A stretch of 64,000 nt of DNA from assembly GCA_902559885.1 (NCBI GenBank), contig CACEJU010000003.1, positions 33,542-97,541 of the forward strand. The letters run 5' to 3'. Source of the DNA: an uncultured SAR86 cluster bacterium (GTDB lineage Bacteria > Pseudomonadota > Gammaproteobacteria > Magnimaribacterales > D2472). Below, one piece after another: positions 9,924 through 20,460 of the stretch. The notes under the pieces were generated by a model that was not told the origin of the DNA, searched no databases, and saw nothing but the letters and a program-made list of their open reading frames with translations. The first letter of the stretch is position 1, and every line of letters starts with the position of its first letter. The position numbers were made by a program, and so were the translations under genes.

Positions 9924-10469
9924 TTAATAATAAACTAATGATCTAGTTTTATATCCTTGATCGATAATTTTTTGCGTGCCACCTAATTCCACTAAGTCAA
10001 TTACAGCTAAGATTAAAATATTTTCTTTTTTTACTCCAAAATTATCCACAATTAGATCAGCGCATGCTAAAGCAGTTCCTCCAGTTGCAATCAAGTCATC
10101 GACTATAACAACTCTATCATCAGAGTTTAATTTAGTATTTTTCTGAATTTCTATACTGGTACTGCCATATTCTAGATCAAAATCTTTTATAAAAGTTTCG
10201 TTAGGTAGTTTTCCAGGCTTTCTTGCCAGCACAAAGGGAAGCAGCAGATCTTTTGATATTGAACCTGCAAAAATAAATCCTCTACTCTCAATACTAGCAA
10301 CAGATGTTGCATTGAAAGCCTTTGAAAGCTTTATAAATTCGTCACACGTTTTTTTAAATGCCAAAGGTGTTTCAATTAAACTGGTAATATCTCTAAATTT
10401 TATACCTTCTATTGGAAAATCATTAACAGTGCGAATATGCTTTTTTAAATCTAAAATATCATCGGTCAT
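9924..10469 (-). CDS. apt: adenine phosphoribosyltransferase
   Basis: 181 aa. FPIEGIKFRDIT and the PRPP-binding loop VVIVDDLIATGGTA. Confidence 0.9.
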   Translation of the reverse strand: MTDDILDLKKHIRTVNDFPIEGIKFRDITSLIETPLAFKKTCDEFIKLSKAFNATSVASIESRGFIFAGSISKDLLLPFVLARKPGKLPNETFIKDFDLEYGSTSIEIQKNTKLNSDDRVVIVDDLIATGGTALACADLIVDNFGVKKENILILAVIDLVELGGTQKIIDQGYKTRSLVYY

Positions 10470-10495
10470 AATTTATTATAATCTGCTACTATAAA

Positions 10496-11110
10496 ATGAT
10501 GAAGCACAGTCTGTTATTAATATTCTCTTCTATATATATTGTTTTTTTTGCATGGTATACCAACTTAAATAAACCACTCACTGATCTAGAAGTTGAAAAT
10601 TATATAGAAAGCTTGAAACAATCTTCAAACAATGAAGAAAGTCTTAATGTACTCAAAAAATTTTTAAGTAACGATGATGGTAAGCAATTTATCATGGTTA
10701 ATCTCCTTGGTTATAGCAATAATCCTCCGCTACTAGAAAAGACTGAAGGTGCTAAGAATGGAAAAGAGCTAGTAGATTACTATACAAGTTTTATGTTTAA
10801 AGAAATGTTCACTAGAGCTTCTCATCCAGTTATTTTTGGAAGTGTTGTAGGCCCAAGCATTGAAGTTATTGGAATGCAAGATGCTAGGTCATGGGATGAA
10901 ATTGGTTTAATAAGATATAGAAGTAGAAGAGACATGATGGAGATAATAATAAATCCAGAATTTCAAAATAGACATGCTTATAAAATTGGTGGACTTGAAA
11001 GAACCATAGCGTCACCTATGCAACCATCTATATTTATAGATGGTAGATTCATTTTTTTTCTAATGCTTTCGCTTTTATACTTATCAATAAGAGTTTATAA
11101 ATCAAAATAA
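10496..11110 (+). CDS. hypothetical membrane-anchored protein
   Basis: 204 aa. N-terminal and C-terminal TM helices around a soluble core. No family recognised. Confidence 0.5.
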   Translation: MMKHSLLLIFSSIYIVFFAWYTNLNKPLTDLEVENYIESLKQSSNNEESLNVLKKFLSNDDGKQFIMVNLLGYSNNPPLLEKTEGAKNGKELVDYYTSFMFKEMFTRASHPVIFGSVVGPSIEVIGMQDARSWDEIGLIRYRSRRDMMEIIINPEFQNRHAYKIGGLERTIASPMQPSIFIDGRFIFFLMLSLLYLSIRVYKSK

Positions 11111-11138
11111 TTGTGTAAAATTGGTCGCATCTAAAAGT

Positions 11139-11215
11139 GCGTCCATAGCTCAGTTGGTTAGAGTACCTGCTCGACACGCAGGGGGTCGTTAGTTCGAATC
11201 TAACTGGACGCACCA
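11139..11215 (+). tRNA. tRNA-Val (anticodon GAC)
   Basis: 77-nt cloverleaf, almost collinear with E. coli tRNA-Val(GAC): acceptor GCGTCCA/TGGACGC, anticodon stem CCTGC/GCAGG, loop TCGACAC, T-loop TTCGAAT, encoded CCA. Position 33 is C rather than the near-universal U. Confidence 0.85.
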
Positions 11216-11321
11216 ATTTTCTAAAAAAATATTATAAATATTATTGATAATCTATTATAAATATGGATAATGGCGTTTCAGCTAGCACTCCTCTCCCCCT
11301 ATATTGAATTGCTAGCTTCTA

Positions 11322-11347
11322 AAAAGGAGGGTAATTGCCCTCCTTTT
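11322..11347. terminator. bidirectional rho-independent terminator (tRNA-Val / sbcB)
   Basis: AAAAGGAGGG-taattg-CCCTCCTTTT, with A and T runs on both sides. Confidence 0.65.
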
Positions 11348-11350
11348 CAT

Positions 11351-12763
11351 TTAGGAAATCCTTATTGATTTTAAGTATTTAAGTGTTGAATTTAAAATTT
11401 CCTGTTTTTCAGAATCATCATTATCTTCAAGCAATAATTCGGTTTCATCAATTGCTTTTTTAAGGGAGCCCCATGGACCATCGCTAGACAATCTTTCGTC
11501 TATTAGTTCTTTGTATCTATTTTGGATATCCTCTGGAGTTTGACTTGGGTATAGATACGAAATAATTCTTTCGGCAAAAATTCTATATCTATCGTCTTCA
11601 AAATTTCTAGATATTTTTATTAAATTATCAGGATCGTCAATTAAGAGATGGAATTGCTGCATTAAGTCTTTATCTTTAAATGATGCAAATCCACCCGAAT
11701 AAATACTCCCTTCAACATGCTCTGGATCCTTAAATGAGACCATCCTGTCGCTTAAGGCCTGAGAAACTTTATCAATAAAATCTTGATTGTTTTGTATTTT
11801 AAGAGCTCTTTTATTTAGTTCATCAAAACTTATATCAAAAATATTCTTATTTTCTATTAGATTGCTATGGCATATAGGTATCGTTTTGTTAATTTTATAT
11901 TTTTTTATAGGTGTATCTCTTCCTCCAGACTGAATAATTTTATTTATCTCAATAAAATCTAAATCAATAATATCATCAGGGTCATAACTTAAATCAAACA
12001 AAGCTATATCATTGGGTCTATTTTTATCTGAACCACAGAAGACTACTGGGTATGAAAATACATGTCTACGGAAAATTTCGCCAAGAGCTAAAAATCCACT
12101 TGATCTAAGTAATTCCATTACTCCTTGTTTAGATGAAATTTTTAAAAATGAGTTAAAGATTTCAGGGCTTTTATCAGAAAGTATTTTACAAACCTCTATC
12201 ATTAATTTGCAGTCAGCCTCTGCATCATGCGCATCATCTGTTCTTATTCCATGAAATTTTGCAATATCCTCCAATTTGTAACTAATTCTTCCATCATCAT
12301 TAAATAATGGAAATTCAAAAGAGCTTTGAAAAAACGTAGCAATATTATGCATCATTAACATCAAATCCAATCTGCTATTACCATTTGTATTCGTAATGTA
12401 TGGCTCAAATAGATTAGAAAAGAACTGTCTTCTCAAAAGCTCATCATCAAAACTATGACCATTGTAAGAAATAAATATTCCTTCAATATCTTGAGTCCAT
12501 TCTCTCCATTGTAAGTGGATATCTTTAATCATCTGGTAATGAGAATTATTAATATTAAATAAGTGTGTTTTCTTATTAGTAAGGAAGGCCTTGGGCTGAG
12601 GTATTATCCATGGCAATGGAGAGCTTGAAATATTTTGTGATGCAAGAGTATTTAACTTTAGGTTAGTTTTAATTGACCCACATTGAATTATTTGCGAAAA
12701 ATCCTTATTGATACCAGTTGTTTCAGTATCATAAAAAATTAAAGCTCTATCTTGAGCAGTCAA
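11351..12763 (-). CDS. sbcB: exodeoxyribonuclease I
   Basis: 470 aa. DnaQ-like exonuclease motifs (FYDTETTG, YNGHSFDDELLR, HDAEADC) plus a long ExoI-type C-terminal domain. Confidence 0.8.
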   Translation of the reverse strand: MTAQDRALIFYDTETTGINKDFSQIIQCGSIKTNLKLNTLASQNISSSPLPWIIPQPKAFLTNKKTHLFNINNSHYQMIKDIHLQWREWTQDIEGIFISYNGHSFDDELLRRQFFSNLFEPYITNTNGNSRLDLMLMMHNIATFFQSSFEFPLFNDDGRISYKLEDIAKFHGIRTDDAHDAEADCKLMIEVCKILSDKSPEIFNSFLKISSKQGVMELLRSSGFLALGEIFRRHVFSYPVVFCGSDKNRPNDIALFDLSYDPDDIIDLDFIEINKIIQSGGRDTPIKKYKINKTIPICHSNLIENKNIFDISFDELNKRALKIQNNQDFIDKVSQALSDRMVSFKDPEHVEGSIYSGGFASFKDKDLMQQFHLLIDDPDNLIKISRNFEDDRYRIFAERIISYLYPSQTPEDIQNRYKELIDERLSSDGPWGSLKKAIDETELLLEDNDDSEKQEILNSTLKYLKSIRIS

Positions 12764-12769
12764 AATATT

Positions 12770-14029
12770 TTATGATCTAGAAACATTAGATGATTCTACT
12801 TCATTAGAATCATTAACAACATATTTTCCTAACTCATGTCTTGCAACGGCTCTTCTATGTACTTCATCTGGACCATCTGCAAGTCTCAATGTTCTCATGT
12901 GAGCATACATACTAGCTAGGGGCGTCAATTGCGAAACACCCTCTCCGCCATGTATTTGGATTGCTCTATCAATAACTTTGAGTGCAACATTTGGTGCGTA
13001 TACTTTAATTTGAGCAATTTCACTTGCAGCAATCTTATTGCCAACAGTATCCATTTTAACTGCAGCATCTAAAGTTAAAAATCTTGCAGCATTAATTTCA
13101 ATTCTTGATTCGGCAATATAATCAAAATTGGCACCAAGAGATGCTATATTTTTACCAAATGGTTTTTTAGTAGGATCTAAACCCCTTTTACACATTAGCT
13201 CTAATGCTCTTTCAGCTGAACCGATAGCTCTCATACAATGATGGATACGCCCTGGACCTAATCTTCCTTGAGCTATTTCGAAACCTCGACCTTCACCAAG
13301 TAATAAGTTTTCTTTAGGAACTCTAACATTATTGAACTTAATATGTGCATGACCATGAGGTGCATCATCATAACCAAATACATGCATCATTTTTTGAACC
13401 TCTACTCCTTCTGATTCCATTGGGACTAATATCATTGAGTGTCTTTGATGTTTAGCATTATCAGGGTTTGTAACACACATAAAAATTATAATTTTACACC
13501 TTGGATCTCCGGCTCCAGATGTCCACCATTTCTCTCCATTGATTACGTATTCATCACCATCTAAAACTGCAGTAGCTCTCATATTTGTAGCATCTGATGA
13601 AGCAACACCCGGCTCAGTCATTCCAAAAGCAGATCTGATTTTTCCATCAAGAAGTGGCTGAAGCCAATCTACTTGATGTTGTTCATTTCCATATCTTGCA
13701 ATAACCTCCATATTACCTGTATCTGGAGCACTACAATTCATCGCTTCAGATGCAATATGGCATTTACCCATTTGCTCAGCAAGATGAGCATATTCATAGT
13801 TAGAAAGACCTGCTCCAAATTCACTTTCAGGTAAAAATAGATTCCAAAGTCCTTTTGATCTAGCTTTTTCTTTTAAATCATCAATGACAGAAGGATATGA
13901 GTTCCATCTATCTTCACCAACTTGAATTTGATCTTCGAAAACTTTTTCCATAGGTTTACAATCTTCGTTGATAAATGTTGTGACTCTTTCAATCAAGTCT
14001 ATAGCTTCAGGTCTAAGTTCTGGAAACAT
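12770..14029 (-). CDS. acyl-CoA dehydrogenase family protein (FadE2/ACAD10-like)
   Basis: 419 aa. [18 protein letters not shown]/substrate loop, and a C-terminal [19 protein letters not shown] pattern. Confidence 0.8.
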   Translation of the reverse strand: MFPELRPEAIDLIERVTTFINEDCKPMEKVFEDQIQVGEDRWNSYPSVIDDLKEKARSKGLWNLFLPESEFGAGLSNYEYAHLAEQMGKCHIASEAMNCSAPDTGNMEVIARYGNEQHQVDWLQPLLDGKIRSAFGMTEPGVASSDATNMRATAVLDGDEYVINGEKWWTSGAGDPRCKIIIFMCVTNPDNAKHQRHSMILVPMESEGVEVQKMMHVFGYDDAPHGHAHIKFNNVRVPKENLLLGEGRGFEIAQGRLGPGRIHHCMRAIGSAERALELMCKRGLDPTKKPFGKNIASLGANFDYIAESRIEINAARFLTLDAAVKMDTVGNKIAASEIAQIKVYAPNVALKVIDRAIQIHGGEGVSQLTPLASMYAHMRTLRLADGPDEVHRRAVARHELGKYVVNDSNEVESSNVSRS

Positions 14030-14085
14030 TGGTACTCCCCTTATAAGTAATTATTTGTTACTATTATAAATAGTGTGAATAATGT

Positions 14086-14102
14086 AATTTAACAGTTAAA
14101 TT
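14086..14102. promoter_or_regulatory. candidate LysR-type operator (T-N11-A dyad) in the divergent ACAD/LysR intergenic region
   Basis: AATTTAAC-A-GTTAAATT perfect palindrome containing T-TTAACAGTTAA-A. It is nested inside a second inverted repeat, GTGTGAATA (14073-14081) / TATTCACAC (14115-14123). Confidence 0.4.
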
Positions 14103-14169
14103 ATATTTCAATTATATTCACACATTGCTTTAAAAAAAGCAAAAGCAACATGGAAGAAATGCACACAAC

Positions 14170-15075
14170 ATGAAAATAAGTTCTTTTGATTTAAATTTAT
14201 TAGTAATTCTTAATGCCATATACACCGAAGGTAGCCTAACTAAAGCAGCCCAGGTTGTAGGGATAACCCAACCTGCGGTGAGTAATGCTCTTTCCAGATT
14301 ACGTGAAAATTTCAATGATGATCTTTTTATTAGAACTGGTTCTGGTATGGTGCCAACACAAAAAACTGAAAATATTATTAAAGATATTCAGCAAGCAATT
14401 GCATTAATGCAAAATTCAATTAATGAGCCTGATAGCTTTATCCCTGCTGAGACAACAAGAAATTTTAAATTACATTTAGGCGATGTATCTGAGACTAGAA
14501 TACTTCCATATTTAACTAAGATTATTGATATGGAGGCTCCTAAAATATCAATTGGTAGTTATAACTTCCCTCGTAAGGATCAAGTCCATGCCCTGGCTAC
14601 TAATAATTTAGATTTTGTTGTAGATCCTATTATTCCGCAATCTGAAGAAATTAATTCATGTAAGGTTTTTGAAGATCATTTTGTCTTAGCGCACAGAGAT
14701 GGGCACCCGTTGACCAAAAAGAAAAAAATTACTTTAGAGGATATTATTGAACAAAAACATATTCAGATCTCATCAAGAAAAAGAGGTTTACATCTAATGG
14801 ATATTGAGCTTGAAAAAGTTGGTTATAAAAGAGAGATAGCCCTTAGATGCCAACACTTTTTAATTGCACCTAAGATAATTACCTCAACAGACTTAGTGCT
14901 TTTTGCTACACATAGCTTTGCTGTTTCACACAACCTTAAATTTATTGAAATCCCTGTAGAAGAAGTACCAAAAATGGAATATTTTTTGTTCTGGCATAAA
15001 AGCGATGAAGGCGATGGTGGCCATGAATGGATGAAAGATCATATTATCCAGGCATATAAAAAAGCCATGAAATAA
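14170..15075 (+). CDS. LysR-family transcriptional regulator
   Basis: 301 aa. N-terminal wHTH FDLNLLVILNAIYTEGSLTKAAQVVGITQPAVSNALSRLR. Divergent from the ACAD gene. Confidence 0.85.
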   Translation: MKISSFDLNLLVILNAIYTEGSLTKAAQVVGITQPAVSNALSRLRENFNDDLFIRTGSGMVPTQKTENIIKDIQQAIALMQNSINEPDSFIPAETTRNFKLHLGDVSETRILPYLTKIIDMEAPKISIGSYNFPRKDQVHALATNNLDFVVDPIIPQSEEINSCKVFEDHFVLAHRDGHPLTKKKKITLEDIIEQKHIQISSRKRGLHLMDIELEKVGYKREIALRCQHFLIAPKIITSTDLVLFATHSFAVSHNLKFIEIPVEEVPKMEYFLFWHKSDEGDGGHEWMKDHIIQAYKKAMK

Positions 15076-15078
15076 ATA

Positions 15079-15882
15079 TTATTCGATAGATAGATTATGT
15101 CCAGCTGTCTTCACAATACCTCCATCTGAGGTAATAGTTTCTCCAACAGTGTATGCTCCTGCTCTAGATGATAAAAATATTGCTAAACCAGCTATGTCTT
15201 CAGGGGTTCCAACTCTCTTTCTTGGATTAGCAGCTGCTGCGGCAGTATAGTCATGATTAAGAGCAGCTCCTAACATCTGACTTGGGTATGGACCTGGAGC
15301 AATAGCATTTACGTTTATATTTTCACCTACTAATTTTCTTGATAAATGTCTGGTTAAATGAATAACGGCTGCCTTAGAAGAACTATATGAATAGGTTTCA
15401 GAGGCAGAAATTCCCATTCCATCTATTGAGGCAATATTAATTACTCTTGATGGATCATCTATTGAAGCATTTGCTTTTAAAAGATTTGTAAATTTTTGAG
15501 TCATAAAAAATAAACTTTTTACGTTTATATTCATAACTTTATCCCAACCACCTTCTGAGAATGACTCATATGGTTCGCCCCATGCTGCACCAGCATTATT
15601 TACTAAAATATCTATATAGTCTTCTTTATCAGATATTTGATCATAAAAATTATTGATACCCGATATTGTGCTGAGATCACATGGCAAAGCTATGCACTCA
15701 GCATTATACTGTTCACTAAGTTCTTTTGCTTTTAAAATTAGAGGAGCTTCTTTTCTAGCAGTTATATAGACCTTTGCTCCATTTGCTAAATAACCAGCTG
15801 TGATCATTTCACCAATACCTCTGGATCCACCAGTTACAATTACAACTTTACCGCTAACATCAAATAAATTATTTATATTCAT
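15079..15882 (-). CDS. short-chain dehydrogenase/reductase (SDR) family oxidoreductase
   Basis: 267 aa. TGGSRGIG, NNAG, and YSSSK catalytic motifs. Confidence 0.85.
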   Translation of the reverse strand: MNINNLFDVSGKVVIVTGGSRGIGEMITAGYLANGAKVYITARKEAPLILKAKELSEQYNAECIALPCDLSTISGINNFYDQISDKEDYIDILVNNAGAAWGEPYESFSEGGWDKVMNINVKSLFFMTQKFTNLLKANASIDDPSRVINIASIDGMGISASETYSYSSSKAAVIHLTRHLSRKLVGENINVNAIAPGPYPSQMLGAALNHDYTAAAAANPRKRVGTPEDIAGLAIFLSSRAGAYTVGETITSDGGIVKTAGHNLSIE

Positions 15883-15978
15883 CGAATTCCCCTTTTTATG
15901 TATTGATTATATTATGGTTATAGGATAATTTTTACAAATCTAATTTATAAAAAATCTTACAATGGGATAAAATAAGAA

Positions 15979-16929
15979 ATGGACCTCTTCTTGCATTTAT
16001 TTTATTTTCTAATTTCACTAGTTATATTAATTTTTAGTGCCGAGAAGTTTGTTTCAAGCTCATCTTCACTTGCAAAGGGCCTTGGCGTTAGTGAGATGAC
16101 GATTGGATTAACCATTATTGCATTAGGTACCTCTGCACCTGAAATTTTTGTTGGTATCTCATCAATACTTAATGCATCAGAAAGTATTGCTATGGGCACA
16201 GTCGTAGGTTCAAATATTTCAAATATTGCATTAATATTTGGTGTGGCATGTTTAGGTGCAATTTCAAAACCAGCTCAGGCTAACCTAAATCAAGCTTGGC
16301 CTTTCCTATTGTCACTTTTAATGCTTGGAATTTCTTTACTAGATCTTCGCATTAGTGTTGTAGAAAGCATAGTTATGCTAATTATTTTAATTAATTTTAT
16401 TTACTTTATCTTTAAGTTTAACTCTGATGATGTAATTGATGAAATTACAGAGAAAGATGATTCTTATGGGAAGGCTTTTTTATTTATTTTCTTAGGATTA
16501 TTAGGTCTCATAGTTGGCTCATATTATTGTGTTTTAAATGCAGAGATAGTTGCAAAAATTATTGGGGTTCCTGATCTAATAATAGGATTAACAATAATGG
16601 CTATTGGTACTAGCTTGCCTGAATTAGCAGCTACAATTGCTGCTCTTATTCAAAGAAAAGGTGCTATGGTTGTAGGTAATATACTTGGGTCAAATATTCT
16701 CAATATAGTGTTGGTAGTGCCAATAATTGGATTCTTTTCTAATATAGAATTAGACTCTGCAATCCTTTCAAGAGATTTCTTGCTTCTAGTTATACTTAGT
16801 CTATTATTTGTAATAACTGCAATCTTAAATCAGAAAAAGTTTTTTCCAATAATTGCTACCAGAGTATTTGGATTTGTTTTTATATCTGTATACGTTCTTT
16901 ATGTTCTGAGATTAAGCGGACTTATTTAA
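15979..16929 (+). CDS. calcium/sodium antiporter (CaCA, YrbG-like)
   Basis: 316 aa. Duplicated alpha-repeats GTSAPE and GTSLPEL in a 10-TM layout. Confidence 0.8.
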   Translation: MDLFLHLFYFLISLVILIFSAEKFVSSSSSLAKGLGVSEMTIGLTIIALGTSAPEIFVGISSILNASESIAMGTVVGSNISNIALIFGVACLGAISKPAQANLNQAWPFLLSLLMLGISLLDLRISVVESIVMLIILINFIYFIFKFNSDDVIDEITEKDDSYGKAFLFIFLGLLGLIVGSYYCVLNAEIVAKIIGVPDLIIGLTIMAIGTSLPELAATIAALIQRKGAMVVGNILGSNILNIVLVVPIIGFFSNIELDSAILSRDFLLLVILSLLFVITAILNQKKFFPIIATRVFGFVFISVYVLYVLRLSGLI

Positions 16930-17328
16930 AGATCTAATTAAATACACTCCCCATATAGCAACTACTACCTCAAATAAAAAATAATTGTTGATAAATGTAG
17001 GCATCTCTGGAAGAAAAGATGAGATGAATCTTCCCAGTGCTATTGAAGATGTTATTAGAACCATTACCTTGATAATAAATAACTTCAAAGAATCATAAAA
17101 AAATGCAAGAAAAGCTATAACGCCAAGTACAAGATTTATACCACCATATAAACCGGCGATTTCTGATTTACCTAAATCTGAAATTATTTCAAAACCAACA
17201 ACATTTGCAAACGAAGTAGATAAAAAATTTTTAGAAATTAATATAGAATCAAAAATTGCCCATATACCAATTGGAAAATAGACTATAAATATAATAAAAA
17301 GAAATAAATTTATTGATAATTTGTTCAT
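16912..17328 (-). CDS. small four-TM membrane protein (possibly DUF4345-like)
   Basis: 138 aa, four hydrophobic helices. Family assignment is tentative. Confidence 0.45.
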   Translation of the reverse strand: MNKLSINLFLFIIFIVYFPIGIWAIFDSILISKNFLSTSFANVVGFEIISDLGKSEIAGLYGGINLVLGVIAFLAFFYDSLKLFIIKVMVLITSSIALGRFISSFLPEMPTFINNYFLFEVVVAIWGVYLIRSLNKSA

Positions 17329-17370
17329 GTAAAGTATATTAATTACAAATTATTATACACACTATAAATA

Positions 17371-17862
17371 ATGAAAAACTTACTTTTAACTTTAATATTA
17401 GTATTTTGCTCAAGCTCAAATATGATATTTGCAAATAATCTCGAAAATGAGGATTTAAAATTGCCACTGCCTATGCCATACAAAGGCATATTAGTTGATA
17501 AAAATGCGTTAGATAAATTTGTTGAGTCAGCTATTAATAATAATAAAAAACCAATGCTAGTTTTTGGTGCAAATTGGTGTGGAGATTGCAGGATATTGTT
17601 TGGAACTTTTGAATTACCTACTTTTAAAAAAATGCTTGATGAAAACTACTCAATTTTAAAAATTGACGTTAAGAGATATGAAATTAATATGCATATAATG
17701 AATGAGCTTGGACTTGAGCCAAAAAAGGGAATTCCAAGAGTGGTGGTTATGGATAATAAAAAGAATATTTTAAATCTTGAGACCACCTTTGAATGGACAA
17801 CAGCAAGAGAAAGGACTAAACAAGAGATGTTTGATTACTTTGAGGGTCTATCAAAATTATAA
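17371..17862 (+). CDS. secreted thioredoxin-fold protein
   Basis: 163 aa. Signal peptide. WCGDC active-site motif preceded by MLVFGAN. Confidence 0.6.
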   Translation: MKNLLLTLILVFCSSSNMIFANNLENEDLKLPLPMPYKGILVDKNALDKFVESAINNNKKPMLVFGANWCGDCRILFGTFELPTFKKMLDENYSILKIDVKRYEINMHIMNELGLEPKKGIPRVVVMDNKKNILNLETTFEWTTARERTKQEMFDYFEGLSKL

Positions 17863-17863
17863 G

Positions 17864-19135
17864 TCAATCAAATTGCTTATTGGCACTAGAAAAAAACAAG
17901 TAAAATAAACCGCCAAAAAATAAAACTATTGTAGAGATATTAAAAATTAAGAACCATGAATTAGTATTCTCTAAAATAAATCCTGCAGCTAGTGGACTAA
18001 AAACAGCTGCTATCATGCCTATACTTCCAGCAATACCAAAAAGGTTTCCTGTATAATTTGGTCCAATATCTGCATGATTAACACCAAAACCACCTGCAGC
18101 CATGCCAATACAAAAATTAATAAGGCAAAGTAATATTAAAGTGATCTCAACTGAGGTTTGATAGGGTATTAGATAGATAAGAACTCCAGCACCAAAAAAT
18201 CCAATAGAATTAAATAGCTTTCTTGCCACTATTACTTTTAGCCCTTGTTTTATTAATGTATCAACTATGAAACCACCAATAAGAAGAGAAATAACACCGA
18301 TAACTGCGGGCAAAATAATAAGTATTAAAAATGTATCAGATTCTAAGCTTATTCCTAGGCCCCCAATAGATATATCAGAGTTAACATATTTGGGCATATA
18401 GGATATGAAGGTAAACAGAACCCAATTATTGCAAAAAGTTGCTACTGTTATTGCTAAGAAAGGTAAATTAGATATCAGATTTTTGAATGGAACTTTTTTT
18501 GCATTTTCACTTGAAGGAGCTTCATTTAAAATTTTTGATAATTCATAATCAGATATTTTCTTATTTCCGCTTGGCATTGAGCTAAAACCTTTAAACCAAA
18601 AAAATGACCAGATAATTCCTAATAACCCAAATAAATAAAAAACAACTTCCCATGAGTACATAGTTATTATTATTGTAGTTAGAGCAAAACCAAAAACTGT
18701 TCCTACTGAAATTCCACTATTAGTTATGGCAATTACTCTTGTTCTTTCTGTAAATGGAATCCAGCGTGCATAAAGTGAATGTATTGATGGAAAAGCCACC
18801 CCTTCACCCAATCCAAGTAATACTCTAATTAAAAAAATTGCGAAAAAACCTTGATAGGCAAAAATCGGGGTAAGGAATGTAAATAAAGACCAAGCCAATA
18901 CACCAAAACCTAAAACATATTTACCGCCATACTTGTCTGCTAAATAGCCACCAAGAATCATGGTAAACATATAACCAAAATAAAAAGATGAGAAAACTAT
19001 GCCGACTTGAGCTTCACTCCAGCCAAACTGCTGTTGCATGGGAATGATTGCAACAGAAATATTTACCCTGTCAATATAGCAAATAAATATCGCCAAGAAA
19101 GACATGAAAACAAGTTTGAATCTTTCTGGAATCAT
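17864..19135 (-). CDS. MFS transporter (anion:cation symporter/ACS-like)
   Basis: 423 aa, 12 TM. CYIDRVNISVAI and GYLADKYGGK motifs. Lies 29 nt downstream of argH on the same strand. Confidence 0.65.
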   Translation of the reverse strand: MIPERFKLVFMSFLAIFICYIDRVNISVAIIPMQQQFGWSEAQVGIVFSSFYFGYMFTMILGGYLADKYGGKYVLGFGVLAWSLFTFLTPIFAYQGFFAIFLIRVLLGLGEGVAFPSIHSLYARWIPFTERTRVIAITNSGISVGTVFGFALTTIIITMYSWEVVFYLFGLLGIIWSFFWFKGFSSMPSGNKKISDYELSKILNEAPSSENAKKVPFKNLISNLPFLAITVATFCNNWVLFTFISYMPKYVNSDISIGGLGISLESDTFLILIILPAVIGVISLLIGGFIVDTLIKQGLKVIVARKLFNSIGFFGAGVLIYLIPYQTSVEITLILLCLINFCIGMAAGGFGVNHADIGPNYTGNLFGIAGSIGMIAAVFSPLAAGFILENTNSWFLIFNISTIVLFFGGLFYLFFSSANKQFD

Positions 19136-19164
19136 TTATAAGGCTTACATTTTATAATTTATAT

Positions 19165-20460
19165 TTAGCTTAATATTAATTTTTTTAATTCAATAAATCT
19201 ACTTTCAATATCTTCAATAGCCAAATTAAAAGGAGATCCATATGAAAAGTTTTCAAATGAATCATTAGTTGAAACATCAACCTCCTTATTTTTAATCATA
19301 TGGTATGCATCTCTGAAGGGTATACCAGTAGAAACAAGACCGTATACTTTATTGGTCATCATCATTTCTTTATCAATGGCAAATTCAGATTTAATTTTAT
19401 TAATTTTTATTGTCTTAATTAAAGCTAGAAATATATCTAAAGTCTGAACTGATACCTGGAATGCTTCAATCAAAGACTTTTTAGATAATTGCAGATCCCT
19501 ATGATATCCACTTGGCAAAGAAAGCAATGTTTCAAGTTCGCTATAACAACCACAAAGTATTGAGTAATTAGCTCTTAGAATCTCAACTACATCAGGATTA
19601 TTTTTATTTGGCATGATCGATGAGCCTGTTTTAAAATCATCTCCTATATCCAAATAATCAAACTCTTGTGAAAGATATATACTTAGATCCCACGAAAATT
19701 TTCTTATATCTAACAAACATTGTTTCAACGCAGAAATAATCTGTAATTCATACTTACCTCTGCTATTTTGTGTATAAAGACTGTTAATCTGAATTCTTTC
19801 AAAACCAAGCTCTTTTGCAGAGAGCTCTCTATCAAGTGGAAGATTAACCCCATAGCCTGCTGCACCACCCAAGGGATTTGAGTTTATCCATTTTATAGTC
19901 TGATCAATTATTAAAATATTATCATTGAATGATTCAGCAAATGATCCAAACCATAGACCCCATGTCGATGGAGTGGCTTTTTGAATATGAGTGTATCCAG
20001 GAACTTTTATAGATGAAGTTTTCTTTGCTTTTTGTATTAAAACACCATTAATTTTTAAGTTTATTTTATTAATTTTTTTTAACATCTCCTTGGAATAAAG
20101 TCTCAAGGCCACTTGAACCTGATCATTTCTGCTTCTACCTGTATGAACCTTAGCTCCAACGTCACCAAGATGTTTGGTTAAATATATTTCTATTGCGGAA
20201 TGCCCGTCTTCATATTTGCTATCAAGCTTAAATTTTTTGTTTTTAAAATCCTTTGATAATAAGTTTAATTGCTTGTTTAGATCTGTATATTCAGCATGGC
20301 TGATAATATTAATTTTTTTTAAGCCTTTTATATGAGCTTTAGTAGCTTTAATGTCGTAAAGAAATAATTCATTATCCAGTTTTACATCATCCTTAGATAA
20401 AAAATTTGTAATATTTTCAGATGTAAAGGTCTTTTTATTTTTCCATAATTTTTTATTCAT
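19165..20460 (-). CDS. argH: argininosuccinate lyase
   Basis: 431 aa. HTGRSRNDQV and the GSSIMPNKNNPD fumarate-lyase signature. Confidence 0.9.
   Translation of the reverse strand: MNKKLWKNKKTFTSENITNFLSKDDVKLDNELFLYDIKATKAHIKGLKKINIISHAEYTDLNKQLNLLSKDFKNKKFKLDSKYEDGHSAIEIYLTKHLGDVGAKVHTGRSRNDQVQVALRLYSKEMLKKINKINLKINGVLIQKAKKTSSIKVPGYTHIQKATPSTWGLWFGSFAESFNDNILIIDQTIKWINSNPLGGAAGYGVNLPLDRELSAKELGFERIQINSLYTQNSRGKYELQIISALKQCLLDIRKFSWDLSIYLSQEFDYLDIGDDFKTGSSIMPNKNNPDVVEILRANYSILCGCYSELETLLSLPSGYHRDLQLSKKSLIEAFQVSVQTLDIFLALIKTIKINKIKSEFAIDKEMMMTNKVYGLVSTGIPFRDAYHMIKNKEVDVSTNDSFENFSYGSPFNLAIEDIESRFIELKKLILS

Noticed and set aside
11216-11321. An 8-bp inverted repeat AGCTAGCA / TGCTAGCT with a CT-rich loop, immediately 3' of tRNA-Val. 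Considered as a remnant of an integration (att) site or as a small RNA.
   Set aside because: There is no integrase, no direct repeat of the tRNA 3' end and no foreign gene block nearby. The downstream gene is core sbcB. The evidence is insufficient.
14130-14315. 61-aa minus-strand ORF spanning the LysR promoter and N terminus.
   Set aside because: It overlaps the well-supported LysR wHTH coding region on the opposite strand. Cys/Phe-rich nonsense composition.
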